Source: Eledone cirrhosa
Lineage: Eukaryota
Assembly (NCBI GenBank): GCA_964016885.1
Contig: OZ024753.1
Span: forward strand, 38,998,001-39,062,000
Reading direction: 5' to 3'
Length of the DNA: 64,000 bases
Both the position numbers and the translations under genes were made by a program. The first letter of the stretch is position 1, and every line of letters starts with the position of its first letter. Positions 10,935-25,370 of this stretch are shown here, one piece after another. The notes beneath the pieces were generated by a model that had not been told where the DNA came from, ran no database searches, and saw nothing but the letters and a program-made list of their open reading frames with translations.

Positions 10935-10976
10935 AGCTGACAGTCTGTTTCACGCTGGTTGGCGTTCATCAGAGCC
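10935..10976 (-). ncRNA. Type I hammerhead ribozyme, canonical core with GUC site
   Basis: Minus strand GGCT-CTGATGA-ACGC[CAACCA]GCGT-GAAA-CAGACTG-TC-AGCT. Stem I is extended by TTTTCGGCGAAAG/CTTTCGCCGAAAA (10912-11002). Confidence 0.85.
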
Positions 10977-11074
10977 ACGTACTCCTCTGCTTTCGCCGAA
11001 AATTCGGTATAGTGGCAAATATACTATACATACATCCATGTATACATCGCTATTTCAGAGCACCAATCCTAATA

Positions 11075-11143
<69 letters not shown>

Positions 11144-11147
11144 GTGT

Positions 11148-11183
<36 letters not shown>

Positions 11184-11867
11184 GTGTCTCTCTGGCACTG
11201 CGAATTTATTTCGATTGTCAGTGATATTTGCCCTCGAAAAAATGGCAGACAAAATTAACCTTGACGGGATTTGAACACAGATAGCGCAGAGAGCCTGAAT
11301 GAAGACCACAAAACATTCTATCCGACATCTTATCGAATCTGCCAAGTTACGGCCTCTCCAGAATAAGTTATTTCAGCTCAAAACTAACGATTTATAAAAC
11401 GAAATCATATGTAGATTTTTTTTTCTATGTCCTTTATAACAGACAGATAAGTTAGAGAAACAATTTCTCAGAAACATATGCACAAAACTTTTACTGAATT
11501 AGATCAATGAATTGATTTGATTAAATCATTTAGCTAAGCAGAGAATTGAATGACAAATTAGCTTAAAATAGCAGAAACATTATATTTTACATATCATGTG
11601 AATATCTAAATACATCGCACAGCAGATATCAAAAATATCGGGAATGATACCATCAAAGTGCAGTCCGTTTGAAAATGGATACATCAGTGTGAAATCTTCA
11701 AAAATCTAACTCATATAGACAAATACACATGTATACATGCACACATACATATATACATACATACTTACACACATGCATATATATATATGCATACGTACTT
11801 ACACATATACATACATGCTTACACACATATATATATATATATGCATACATACCAAAACACACAAACA

Positions 11868-11981
11868 TTCTTCTTCTTCTTCTTCTTCTTCTTCTTCTTC
11901 TTCTTCTTCTTCTTCTTCTTCTTCTTCTTCTTCTTCTTCTTCTTCTTCTTCTTCTTCTTCTTCTTCTTCTTCTTCTTCTTC
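11868..11981. repeat. (CTT)n microsatellite
   Basis: Direct reading of the sequence. Confidence 0.97.
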
Positions 11982-12178
11982 ACATAGACATACACACACA
12001 CAAAAATACATACATACACACATATACATACATACATATACACATACATATATACATGCATGTATACAAACATACATACATATATACATACATACCTATA
12101 CACAAACAAACATATATACATACAGAGAGACGACTGCAATTTTGCTGTATAATTAGATGTAAGATATAATATAATATA

Positions 12179-12288
<110 letters not shown>

Positions 12289-12448
12289 TATATTGTTATA
12301 CTTTGGGAGGGTCATGTTGCCAATAAGAAACACACGCACCAGTTGCTTTCACTTCAATTTAATTTAATATATATTTATAAATTTACAAATTTATAAATTT
12401 CTGGTTGGTTGGTTGGTTCCACAACCAGATAGTTGTTTATATATATAT

Positions 12449-12493
12449 AGTCATAGTTCTTTCGTCACACACTCTGTGACCTCTTCAGTGACT
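12449..12493 (-). ncRNA. Minimal type I hammerhead ribozyme
   Basis: Minus strand AGTCA-CTGAAGA-G-GTCACA[GAGTG]TGTGAC-GAAA-GAAC-TA-TGACT; lies in a ~105-bp insert (12449-12552) between TA tracts. Confidence 0.75.
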
Positions 12494-12694
12494 GGGGATT
12501 TCTTTCTTCGTTTCTGTGCCTTTCCTTTCTTCTATCCTACGCCATTTTGTTATATGTATATATATATATATGTGTATTATATTCAATATCTGATATATGT
12601 ATATATATATATATGTGTATTATATTCAATATCTGATATGGTGTTAACAGTCAAGTTACATATATTAAATATATCAGTTATAATATGTATTAAT

Positions 12695-13110
12695 GAGCGA
12701 CGGCCTGGCAGAGCGTCGGCCGAAATGATTTGCGGCATTCGTTCTAGGTCTTCATAAGTCTGGGTTCAAATCCTGCCAAGGTATATTTTGCCTTTCATCC
12801 TTCCGGGGTCAATAATATAAAGTACCAGTCAAATACTGAGGTCGATATAATCGACCTTCCCTTACTACCATTATTGTTGTCCTTGTAAGGGTGGTGGATT
12901 GGCAGTATCGGTATAGGGCCGGACGGCATGCTTTGGAGCATAGAGTTACGGCCCTTTATGATCTGAGTTCAAATCCCGCCGAGGTTCAACTTTGCCTTTC
13001 ATCCTTAAGGGATCGATAAAATAAAGTACCAGTCACGTACTGGTGTCGATTTGATCGACTTTCACCTCCCTAAAAAGTGCTGGCCTTGTGCCTTTTAAAG
13101 AAACCTATAT
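12695..13110 (+). mobile_element. Two adjacent SINE family A copies (older 12695-12888, younger 12889-13110)
   Basis: GTTCAAATCC.GCC and TTTGCCTTTCATCCTT..GGG.TC.AT...AAAGTACCAGT motifs occur twice. Confidence 0.85.
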
Positions 13111-13498
13111 TGATGGCCTTGTATATAAATTAGAAACCTTTATATATACCAAAATATCTCTAACTCCCCCATTACCACCACCATCACCATAAATTGCTTA
13201 TGGTGCCTTTCCCGGACCCTATTACATAGTTAACATTTTACGCTAATTAAATTTTATATATCCAAATGAAGTTCAGATATAAAAGAATAAGCTTAAAAAG
13301 AATTTATTATATCAAATAAACAAAAAATAAAATATAGACGTTTGAAAAAGTGGCGGGGGCTTGTCCCTTGGTACCACCTTGAAACCTTGTACTGATGTAA
13401 AAGATGATTGTCGGATAGAGACCGCCAAATGTTCGATTGATAGTGCAATATTTTATATTTCATCGAATCAGTTAACTCGTGGTTCCTCTTTCAAACAA

Positions 13499-13690
13499 AT
13501 AATTGTTTCTACTTTAGGAACAAGGCCAGCAATTACCCAGTGCATTACTGGTACTTTATTTTATCGACCCCGTAAGGATGAAAGGCAAAGTCAACCTCGG
13601 CAGGATTTGAACTCAGATCGTAAAGGGACGTAACTATGCTGGAAAGCATGGCGTCCGACCCTCTACCGAAACTGCCAATCCACCGCCTTC
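13499..13690 (-). mobile_element. SINE family A, full length, with probable TSD
   Basis: Reverse complement of the unit; CCTCTTTCAAACAAATAATT is repeated on both sides (13484-13504 and 13699-13718). Confidence 0.9.
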
Positions 13691-13869
13691 AACAAATACC
13701 TCTTTCAAACAAATAATTATAAAGTCCTCTGTGTGTAGATGTTTGAGTGGGAGGGACAGAGCTTTTTATTGTGTGTGTGTGTGTTTGAATGAGAGATTGA
13801 AAGAGAAATTCTGTGGGAAGCAATGTGTTTGTATGTGGGTGTATATGTGAAAGAGAGATTGAGCGAGAG

Positions 13870-13942
<73 letters not shown>

Positions 13943-14559
13943 CTTTGTGGGAAGCAATGAGTTTGTATGAGGGTTTATGCGTGAAAGAGAGAGATTGAGC
14001 GAGCGAGTGAGAGAGAGAGTCTCTGTGGGAAGCAGTGTGTTTTGTGTGGGTCTATCTGTTTGTGATGGTAGTGGTGGGGTGGGATCAGTAGAGTTAGCCA
14101 TATAAAATATTTTAGCAAAATCTACTCATGCATTTATCATTAAACTTGTGTCAAATCCCGACTCAGCTGAAGATAAAGCAAGGAATAAAATACAGTATGC
14201 TCATGTGTGAAATAACGTAGGGAAAATTCGTGCCTTTTCTACACTCCACTGATAATTAATCGAAGAACAGAGAATGACAAAAAGCAAAAACAAATCAAAA
14301 TGATAATAATAAAAATAATTCTAAAAGTCAGAAGGGGAGAATAGAAAGGAGCAAGGCGACCAAACGAACAATGGTATTTTGTAACAAGGCTTTTCTTTTT
14401 TGTGTTTTCGATTTTTGCTCCAAAGTCAATGAGTTCAAAAAGAGGCTTGGCTTTTCGACTATGGTTCTTTGTCTTCATCTAAAAATCTTACGCTGGATAT
14501 AAAATGCCTATTGTATTTATGAAAGAGTATGGAAAATAGAGAAGAGGATAAAGAGAAAT

Positions 14560-14602
<43 letters not shown>

Positions 14603-15161
14603 GAAGGAGAGAGATGCGCAAAGAAGGCAAAGAAGTAAAAATTAATAAAATAATAAAAAAGGAACAGAAAAAAGGGAGGAAATATATGAGAAAAGGAGAG
14701 AGAAAATGGCTGAAAAGGGATCGCTGTACAGTGAAAGGAGAAAGACAATTACATTGGGGGAAAGCTTGGGGAAAACAATGGCCGACTCACGTATTAATAT
14801 GCAAATTAGCTCTAACAATACAGACTAGAATAATGCTCAATTAAATGAAAATGAAAATACGATATCTTTCTAGTTTCTTAACCATATCTATTTATCCCTC
14901 ATATCTACAAATCTAATTCTACTCTCACGTTTATACCACATCTACTTACAATATTCTCTCGCTATCCTTCTTTCTTTCTTTCTTTGTTTCTTCTTTCTTT
15001 CTTTCTTTCTTACTATCTTACTATCATTCTTTTTTCTTTCTTTGGTTATTTCTTTCATTCTTACATCATCTCCTCTCTCTCTTTTAATTTCTCTCTCTCT
15101 CTTTCTCTCTTTCACTTTCTCTCTCACTCGCTATCTCTCCTATTCATTGTCACTTTCACTT

Positions 15162-15193
<32 letters not shown>

Positions 15194-15500
15194 TCCCATT
15201 CTCTCTCTTCCACTTGCTCTCTAACCCTCTCTCTTTCAATCTCTCACCCTCCCACACACTCTCTCTCACGTTCTTTCTCTCTCTCAGCTTCTCTCTTTAC
15301 ATTTTTCTATATCTATCTCACTCTTTATATAGTTTCTGTCGAGTATTGCTTCCTAAGTTTCCGTATATCTTTAAATATTATAACCAATATTATACAGACA
15401 CACTCATATACACACACTCATATACACACACTCATATACACACGCTCATATATACGTAAATGTGTGTAAGAATGAACATTTATATATATGTGTATATTTA

Positions 15501-15628
<128 letters not shown>

Positions 15629-15645
15629 AAATATATATATGTGTG

Positions 15646-15701
<56 letters not shown>

Positions 15702-15726
15702 AAATATATATATATATGTACATGTA

Positions 15727-15884
<158 letters not shown>

Positions 15885-16372
15885 GAGAGAGGTATTGCAG
15901 GCTAGATGGATATATTGTCAGATAGAAAGGTGTTCGTCAGAGATTGGATTGCGGGGAAAACAATAGAATTTTCAATCAAGAAAACTAAACACGAATTTGA
16001 AGAGGGGTGAACTAATTTGAGGTAGCTTATTAGCCATAGATCTGAGGATCAACTACTGCTATATGATTATGTAAATTTAGAAAGGAATACCCTCCATACA
16101 CCACACCTATATAATTTTATCTCTCACTCTTTTAAGTTGTGAAATAGACTGGGTTTATACACGTGGCTGCCGTAATCCAGCTCGCTACTATATATCGCTG
16201 TATAATAGATACTGGCATTTAATGTCCGATAAAGGTTCTTGGCACTACCATTGTTACTAACGCTTTCCTCTAGCCATGGGACTTGGAGACCTGAGCCGAA
16301 TGCTACCATTCTATTATACAACAGCGTGGGACTGCTCTTTCTAATAACCATCTTTTCACTATCATTTAATTT

Positions 16373-16847
16373 GTGTTTGAGACACGTTGGCTGAGCGCTT
16401 TTGACGGGAGTGAATCTATTTGTTTTCTAATCTCCCGCCATGTAAAGTTTGTAAATCAGTGGCTGGTCGCGGGACAGAGTTGTATCGGATTCCAGTTGTT
16501 AATCACTTTACTGTTACGGCCGTCACAAACAGTCATAGCCGGCATGGGCTGGGGTTTGGATTCTGTCGATCGATTGGTTATTGATTAGGCGATAACCGCT
16601 GATGAAGCCACATGCGCCGATTATGCATTGTTGCATAATATATGCAGACATGGGTGCAGTGCGCCCTATTGCTGATTTAAGTGAGGCCGAAACTCGAGTC
16701 CGAGAAATACTAAAGGCACCCGTTTACGTGTGGTGTATTGATGCGAATGACTATGTGTATACTCTGGGAATGTACCCTACATTACCTATTGAGTACGCTG
16801 AGATACAACCGGTCCTGGCATTGATAAATATGCTGGGTCCGTCAACT

Positions 16848-16850
<3 letters not shown>
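16373..16850 (+). mobile_element. GC-richer non-coding element ending in (TA)n, with a hammerhead-like core split by a long stem II insert
   Basis: CTGATGA (16599-16605)-AGCCAC...GTGAGGCC-GAAA-CTCGAG-TC (16689-16700); stem I is only ~2 bp. Confidence 0.45.
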
Positions 16851-16923
<73 letters not shown>

Positions 16924-16963
16924 GATATTAAATAAATGGAAACTATATTTATAAAACCATATT

Positions 16964-17028
16964 TATTTCATTATACATATTTCAGGGATACCAAATTAAA
17001 ATATGGTATGCCTTCGTCAGATAAAATA
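16964..17028 (-). ncRNA. Minimal type I hammerhead ribozyme (same family as 9276)
   Basis: Minus strand TATTTTAT-CTGACGA-AGGCATACCA[TATTTTAATT]TGGTATCCCT-GAAA-TATGTA-TA-ATGAAATA. Confidence 0.75.
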
Positions 17029-17252
17029 CAATATATAAACACTTTTATAAATAATTTTGACGTACCCTATTAGAAGCGACCATTATTTTTGGAGGCTGTC
17101 TGGATAATCGTATTTAATCTTATTTAATATCGTATATCTATCGTATTTAATCTTATTTAATATCGTATATAAACTCCAAAAACTTGTCGAGTGCTTTATA
17201 TCAGTTATAAAATATTTACTTGTTGTATCCCAACAATTTTAAATAAAACTTT

Positions 17253-17306
<54 letters not shown>

Positions 17307-17415
17307 TATATATACAGACTGAATCAACGTACATCTGCCAATTTCATCCTTTCCTTTCGGCACACACATATATCTATATATGAACAATTATGACTCCTTT
17401 TTCTCTCACTACATA

Positions 17416-17450
17416 ACATCCGATGAAGTTCATAGCCCGAAACGTTATGT
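17416..17450 (+). ncRNA. Degenerate hammerhead-like motif
   Basis: ACAT-CCGATGA-AGTT[CAT]AGCCC-GAAA-CG-TT-ATGT; U4C change and damaged stem II. Confidence 0.35.
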
Positions 17451-17474
17451 AATGACTTTCTCTAACATCTCCTG

Positions 17475-17860
17475 AGCAGTGGTATATTGGTAGTATCGGT
17501 AGAGGGTCAGACGCCATGCTTTGCAGCATTGAGTTACGTCCCCTTTATGATCTGAGTTCAAATCACGCCTAGGTTAACTTTGCCTTTCATCCTTACGGGG
17601 TCGATTAGATGAAGTACCAGTCACGCCCTCGAGTCGATTTAGTCGACTTTCCTCTCCCCAAAATTACTGGCCTTGTGCCTATAATAGAAATGACTATTAA
17701 TAGTTTCGGTGGATCGGTAGAAAGTCGGACGCCAGCCTTTCCAGCATAGAGTTATGTCACTTTACTGACTGAGTTCAAATCCGACCGAGGTTAATTTTGC
17801 TTTACATCTTTACGGGGACGATAAATAAAGTACCAGTAATGGTAGAAACAATTATTAATA
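17475..17860 (+). mobile_element. Two tandem SINE family A copies
   Basis: Family A motifs at 17475-17700 and 17708-17860. Confidence 0.85.
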
Positions 17861-18200
17861 GTTTCAGTTTAGAATACATCTTGCTTTGTTCATGTCATGG
17901 TTTTTAAGCTACATACATACACACACATATATCTATTCATATCTGTATGTATATATGTATGTATATACGTATGTATGTGTGTGTGTGTGTATTTATAATA
18001 CATATATGTGTGTGTGTGTCAGTGTGTGTGTGTGTGTGTGCATGTATGTAAGTATGTATTATGTATGTAAATATGTATCCGTCTATATATATATATATAC
18101 ATATATATGTGTATATATATATATATATATGTGTGTATATATATATATATTATATATATATATATATGTGTATATATATATATATGTGTATATATATATA

Positions 18201-18339
<139 letters not shown>

Positions 18340-18393
18340 TATATACGTGTGTGTGTATGTATACATCACTACATACATACATACATACATACA

Positions 18394-18427
<34 letters not shown>

Positions 18428-18874
18428 CATACATACATACATATTAACATACATCTATGTACGACTATGATGTAAAAGCATTAGCATTCCTAGTAATATA
18501 TTTTTTTTTACGTTACAATCATCCAGACCTTCAGAAGTTAGCCTTGAGACACGTTGAAGATTCTGAACACTTTATTATTATATTTTTTTCTTTTCAATTA
18601 TTCTAATATCATTTGAAATACAGCTATCAGTCTAGTTTTACTCGGTTTCCATTAAATTGCGTTTAACCTCAGTATAATTCTGAAATGAACCTAACCATCG
18701 TCAGGCTAATAAAACAGTCACCTCTCTTATATTAAGAAAGAAATCTGAGATTATATATGTGTATGTTTATATACATATATATGTGTGTGTGTGTATATAT
18801 ATACATATAAATATATATATATATGCATATATATATGTGTGTATGTATATATATATATATATATATATGTGTGC

Positions 18875-18977
<103 letters not shown>

Positions 18978-19085
18978 ATTTATGTATGTATATATATATA
19001 TATGCATATATATATTTATATATATATATGTATATATATGCATATATATATATATAAACGGAAAAAATGAAACGAAATTTACATA

Positions 19086-19140
<55 letters not shown>

Positions 19141-20016
19141 TTGTAAATATATACACATATATCTGTGTGTATATGTGGGTATTTGTGTTTGCATACATAC
19201 ATAGAAACATACATACATACATAGATACATATATACATAGATACATACATATATGCATCATACATATACGCATCACACATATATCGAGGTTGTTGCTAAA
19301 ACACATCAATCAAAGAGCAACGCTATTTTCTGTTAAACGATAAGATGTTTGGAAGTAGCATTAGATGTTGCTTCAACATTTTTATTCATTTTCTTCTGGC
19401 CTCGCTCTGCTGTTTATCATTTCATTTGTTAAATGTGTTAAAAACTAAAGACCCGTGCTTTCCGAACATATTGACGACTCGCTATCAGCTCAGCTTGGCA
19501 TATAAAAATCTTTAACGTTAAACTTTGATATATATACTTCGACTTCTGTTATCAGTTTACAGCTCCTTGTTTCATTACAGATGACGGACTCGTTTAGATT
19601 CTGATTTGATTTTCTTGTTTTTAACCTTATCTTTTTATTGTTTCATTCTTACACTTCACAGACATGTAGCATATTTTATATATGTTTGTTTGTTTGTTTG
19701 TTTGTTGTTTATTGTTTATTTTTGTTTTATTTTTTTATTGTGTATTTTATTTTATTTTATTTTATTTTTTGTTGTTGTTGTTGTTGTTGTTGTAGGAAGC
19801 TATGATATTTTAAAGCGAAAATACATTCACTGATAGATCAATCATAATCTTTCTTTCGGGTCATTTTTTTTATTTCCACCACTCTCACTATTGGTAAATG
19901 TATAAAGAAAAATAAAGACATAGATATATATTTTCTCTCAGCCTACTTTTGGTAAAAAAAAATACAATTTAAATATATATATATACATATATATATATAC
20001 ACAGACACAGACACAG

Positions 20017-20052
<36 letters not shown>

Positions 20053-20304
20053 GTATAGATATATTTCCTTCTTAATCTTTTATGATAATAATAATACTTT
20101 ATTTTTTCAATTTTTTTTCTCTCTTCAAATCGATGATAGGTTTATTCTTTCAAGAAGGAAATAATAGTTCATTCTTATCATTTTTACAAGAATAGATGTC
20201 TAGAGGTGAAGGATAATATTGAGATAGTGACGATTATCTTTATTTCATTAAATTACTGGTATTTATTACCAAAGGGGGAAATGCAACGTCTAATCACATG
20301 TTAC

Positions 20305-20495
20305 CGGTGGATTGGCAGTATCGGTAAAGCGTTGGACGCCTTGCTTTGTAGCATAGAGCTACGCTCTTTTATGATCTGGGTTCAAATCCCGCCGAGGTTA
20401 ACTTTGCCTTTCATCCTTAACTGGTGGATAAAATAAAGTACCAGTAATATACTGGGGTAATTGCTGGCCTTGTGCCAAAAATAGAAGCAATTATG
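20305..20495 (+). mobile_element. SINE family A
   Basis: Family A motifs. Confidence 0.85.
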
Positions 20496-20624
20496 AAATG
20501 AAAAATATAAAATTTACAGCTTACATATATGTAGATTTTATTGGCATCCTACGAGATTGTGTCACATTGGATGTTGCTGGAGTGTTTTAATGATAAGGGG
20601 CCTCAGTGCTATGCTAAATTTTTT

Positions 20625-20828
20625 CGATCGAATTTCGACCGAAGAAACAATGTTTCCGTTGGTCTTTCCAATTGCTAATACTATCTATCGGTCGCAACTC
20701 CATGAAGAAGGAGCAACATGAAATAAAGTGTGTTGTCCAAGGAAATAACGCATCACCCAGTCCGGGAATCGAACTCACAACCTCACGATTGCGAATCTAA
20801 TTCTCTAACCACTCAGCCACACACCTTA
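20625..20828 (-). mobile_element. SINE family B, tail type 1
   Basis: Reverse complement of 5668-5885. Confidence 0.85.
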
Positions 20829-21660
20829 ACTCTATCCTAAATAGCAACATGAAATGAAACGACTTATTCAATAACACAACACTCCGTCCTGCCCATTAAT
20901 CTAACTCAGACATTATGATGGTGAATACAGAATCCCAACCACACGAATCCCTACCTCACGCTTTCACTAAACTCGAATTGTATTGGGAGAAAACTAAATA
21001 GTGTGTCACACGAGTGCTCCTTTTGAATTAGAGGCACAACTCGCTGCCGGGAATTGAACATATCACGTTATAAACCCGAGCCAAGCACCTTAACCTTTAA
21101 GCCACGTGCCTTTTAAATACAAAATATTAATACTGACAATCGACAACAATATCGAGACAAAGAAAACTAAACAATTTATGAGAGGGAAGGGGTAACTTTG
21201 AGGTCTTCTTGTCAATGAAAAATTCGTCATGGCTCAATGGCTGCAAAACTCTAAACATTGCACGTGTTCAATTGCTATGTTAAAAGTACTATAGACACAT
21301 TGAATTGCTAGAGCAACAGTGTGTGGTATTAGTGATAGGAAACTCTTGTGGGCGGTATCAGAGTCAAAAGACTAAACCTGTTTCATAAAACATTGAATCA
21401 ACTGAGGTAAAGCTGTTCTGAGCATTTTCAATAATACTTGCAATCCGCGTCCACACCTACACACACTCATCGGCCCCCACCAACCAAAACTATTATACAC
21501 ACATACATGCTACACGCAACCAAACAAACACAAAGTCACACACTCACTATCTCTCTATTTACTTTCTCTCTCTCTCTCGCACACACACACACACTATATA
21601 TATATTTATATATATATATATATATATTAATAATTATACGTAAATATGTATATATATATA

Positions 21661-21793
<133 letters not shown>

Positions 21794-21814
21794 ATATATA
21801 TATATATATATATA

Positions 21815-21913
<99 letters not shown>

Positions 21914-22040
21914 CATATATATATATATGTATATATACATACATATATATATATAGTAATAATTATATATATATATATATTCACAACACACGCAAACTCA
22001 CACATATCTATATATAAATGTACATATTTATATATATATA

Positions 22041-22145
<105 letters not shown>

Positions 22146-22395
22146 AGTGTGGAGTGCGTTTCTATGTGTATTTGCATGTGCATGTAGGAGTGTTTATATA
22201 TATTTATACACATGTATATATACTTATAAAAATAAATATAAACACACATACACATATAATACATATACATAACAGGTGGAATTCATGTAGGTCGTAAGAA
22301 ACATTGATTATATAGAAAATAATAATAGAATAACCAAGTGAATCTATAGTTGTGAACACCTGACAAACACCTGAAGAGCTACAATATAATAGTAA

Positions 22396-22490
<95 letters not shown>

Positions 22491-22644
22491 TAACAACAAT
22501 GACAACTGTAGTAACAATAACAAGAATAACCCAAATAAAAACAGGCGTGACAACTAGAAGACCAATGAACAATATTAAAAGCTATGAAGATATTTTTGTG
22601 TAGGAAATAGAGATGGAAACACTCCTGCCATGTCTCTCTCTTGA

Positions 22645-22720
<76 letters not shown>

Positions 22721-22845
22721 TACACTCATACATAGATACATACATACATATATACATATGTACATATATACATATATACATACATATGTTCATACATACA
22801 TATATACATCTGGTCATACATGCCTATATACCCACACACACACAC

Positions 22846-22930
<85 letters not shown>

Positions 22931-23020
22931 AATGTATATATATATAAATATCAATTGTTTTCGTCGAGTATAGCGTGTCCAAAAAATGCGTAAAACTCAT
23001 AGTTTACTCACACACAAACG

Positions 23021-23059
<39 letters not shown>

Positions 23060-23134
23060 ATATATTTATATATATGTGTATATATTTATATATATGTGTA
23101 CATATATATATATGTATATATATATATATATGTG

Positions 23135-23408
<274 letters not shown>

Positions 23409-23738
23409 CACATATATGTATATAAGCACATATCAGATCGGAAACACACGTGTGTTACGTGGTTAAGTGTGGGAGCCTCTCTTTGACAGATGTGATATTA
23501 TGGCTGTGAACGATCACGCTAGTGTGGGAATGAAGTATTACACTTGGTTCTCTTTAAAGGACTACTAAAACTGAAACAGAACAAGAGAAATCTTCCTAAT
23601 ACACAAGTTTCACACACACACATACACACACACACACACACACATACACACCTATATATATATATAAAGAAAAAAAGATGAAATCGAAAATGCAACTGGA
23701 GTTTTATTAAAAAAAAATATATATATATTTATTTGGTT

Positions 23739-23776
23739 CTTTTACCGGTTTCGCAGTTCTTCTGCTTTTCAAAAGT
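23739..23776 (-). ncRNA. Degenerate hammerhead-like motif
   Basis: Minus strand CTT-TTGAAAA-GCAG[AAGAA]CTGC-GAAA-CCGG-TA-AAAG. Stem II and the palindromic stem III are intact; CUGAAGA is doubly mutated. Confidence 0.45.
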
Positions 23777-23819
23777 AGAGTTGAGATGGAGGGTCTGTGG
23801 TTTTTCTCATATATATATA

Positions 23820-24005
23820 TTAAAATAACAGATCGACTTTTTTAGTTTCAGAAGATCCCGTTAATGGTGAAAGCAGCGATTCTTTGCTTAAACTTTAATC
23901 TGTTATTTTAATAAATATTTGCTCTACGGTTCTTATATATTTGATATATATTTATCCTTATCGAGCCCTCTTTGGATTTTAGTCTTCAAATTTATTATTA
24001 TTACT
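23820..24005 (+). mobile_element. (TA)n-embedded element family G with short 5' inversion
   Basis: AGAAGATCCCGTTAA.GGTGAAAGCAGCGATTCTTTGCTTAAACTTTAATCTGTTATTTTAAT...ATCGAGCCCTCTTTGGATTTTAGT. Copies at 24408-24615, 46269-46379 and 55543-55610. Confidence 0.8.
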
Positions 24006-24042
24006 ATATATATGCTTTAAATATAATGAAATATATCAACGT

Positions 24043-24110
<68 letters not shown>

Positions 24111-24216
24111 AAAGATTAATATAGTTCATTGATTTCTCAATGAATACAGTTTTACAATAGATTAAAAGCACTCTACTGTCAAGACCGTTGTGGTATGTCA
24201 TACATCAATTCATGTA

Positions 24217-24278
24217 TTTTATCTGACGAGGACGTACTGAAAAAACACCACAGTACCTTCGAAATATATGTAATAAAA
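24217..24278 (+). ncRNA. Minimal type I hammerhead ribozyme in a ~220-bp insert (24108-24328) between TA tracts
   Basis: TTTTAT-CTGACGA-GGACGTACTG[AAAAAACACCA]CAGTACCTTC-GAAA-TATATG-TA-ATAAAA. Confidence 0.72.
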
Positions 24279-24322
24279 CATATATTTTGATTATGTGAAT
24301 GTCTTCATTCATTAATATTCTG

Positions 24323-24407
<85 letters not shown>

Positions 24408-24413
<6 letters not shown>

Positions 24414-24615
24414 TAACAGATCAAAGTTTAAGCAAAGAATCGCTGCTTTCACCTTAACGGGATCTTCTGAAACGGTGAAAGCTGCGATTCTGTGCTTAAA
24501 CTTTAATCTGTTATTTTAATAAATATTTGCTCTATGGTTTTATATATTTTGATATATCTATTATCCATATCGAGCCCTCTTTGGATTTTAGTGTTCACAT
24601 TTATTATTTTCACTA
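24408..24615 (+). mobile_element. Family G copy with longer 5' fold-back
   Basis: 24408-24472 is the reverse complement of the family 5' part; the sense copy resumes at GGTGAAAGC. Confidence 0.8.
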
Positions 24616-24773
24616 GATATATATAATTATATATAGATATATATACGTGAGTGTGCGCGTGCGCGCGCGCAAGCGTGTGTATATATACTACATTATTGAG
24701 TAAAATGATGACATCATGGTTAACATTGCAGAATGACCAATTCTACCTAGTGGTGAACCATCAAATTCAAGCT

Positions 24774-24807
<34 letters not shown>

Positions 24808-25009
24808 TAATGAAATATACCAACGTGTATTTCATATATATATATAGTATTAAGGATACTATTTATGGCTATGTATATACTAAAACCTTTTATTGTTATA
24901 TATATATTATACCCTAAATAGTGAAAAACAGTAATTTATTACTATCTTATTACCAGTAAGATAAATAGCTCAATGTAACAACATCAGTTGTTTTACAGAG
25001 CAGTTATAT

Positions 25010-25338
25010 AGAGATTACGTGAAACAAAGTTCTGTTTAAATCATTTATCTGCTTACAATTGTTTCTTCCAAACCTAGGTTTGGAGTCTTCGGAGCAATTA
25101 TTCAGTGATTTTTAACATACTTGACCTCCTTTTCCACACAAGAGACATATAGAAACATATGTATATATATTGACCCACAGTGGGTTGACATCCATTATAA
25201 ATATATGTCTCTTGTGTTGAAAAGGAGGTCAAGTATGTTAAAAATCACTGAATAATTGCTCCGAAGACTCCAAACCTCGGTTTGGAAGAAACAATTGTAA
25301 GCAGATAAATGATTTAAACAGAACTTTGTTTCATGTAA

Positions 25339-25344
<6 letters not shown>
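25010..25344. mobile_element. Fold-back element, ~140-bp arms, with a variant hammerhead in each arm
   Basis: Arms 25010-25150 and 25203-25344. TGCT-CCGAAGA-CTCCAAACC[TC]GGTTTGGAA-GAAA-CAATTG-TA-AGCA at 25257-25303 (+), and its mirror at 25050-25096 (-). Confidence 0.8.

Positions 25345-25370
<26 letters not shown>

Noticed and set aside
14770-14810. Sox-like AACAATG near octamer ATGCAAAT
   Set aside because: Short motifs are expected by chance in AT-rich DNA, and no conservation data are available.
16124-16351. ORF with SELDYGSHVY resembling a LINE post-RT motif
   Set aside because: Only one short motif; too degraded to call.
22370-22380. Isolated CTGANGA heptamers (also 28301 minus, 30026, 33310, 53759)
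   Set aside because: No stem II followed by GAAA and no stem I could be folded; 30026 lies in a SINE-like tail.
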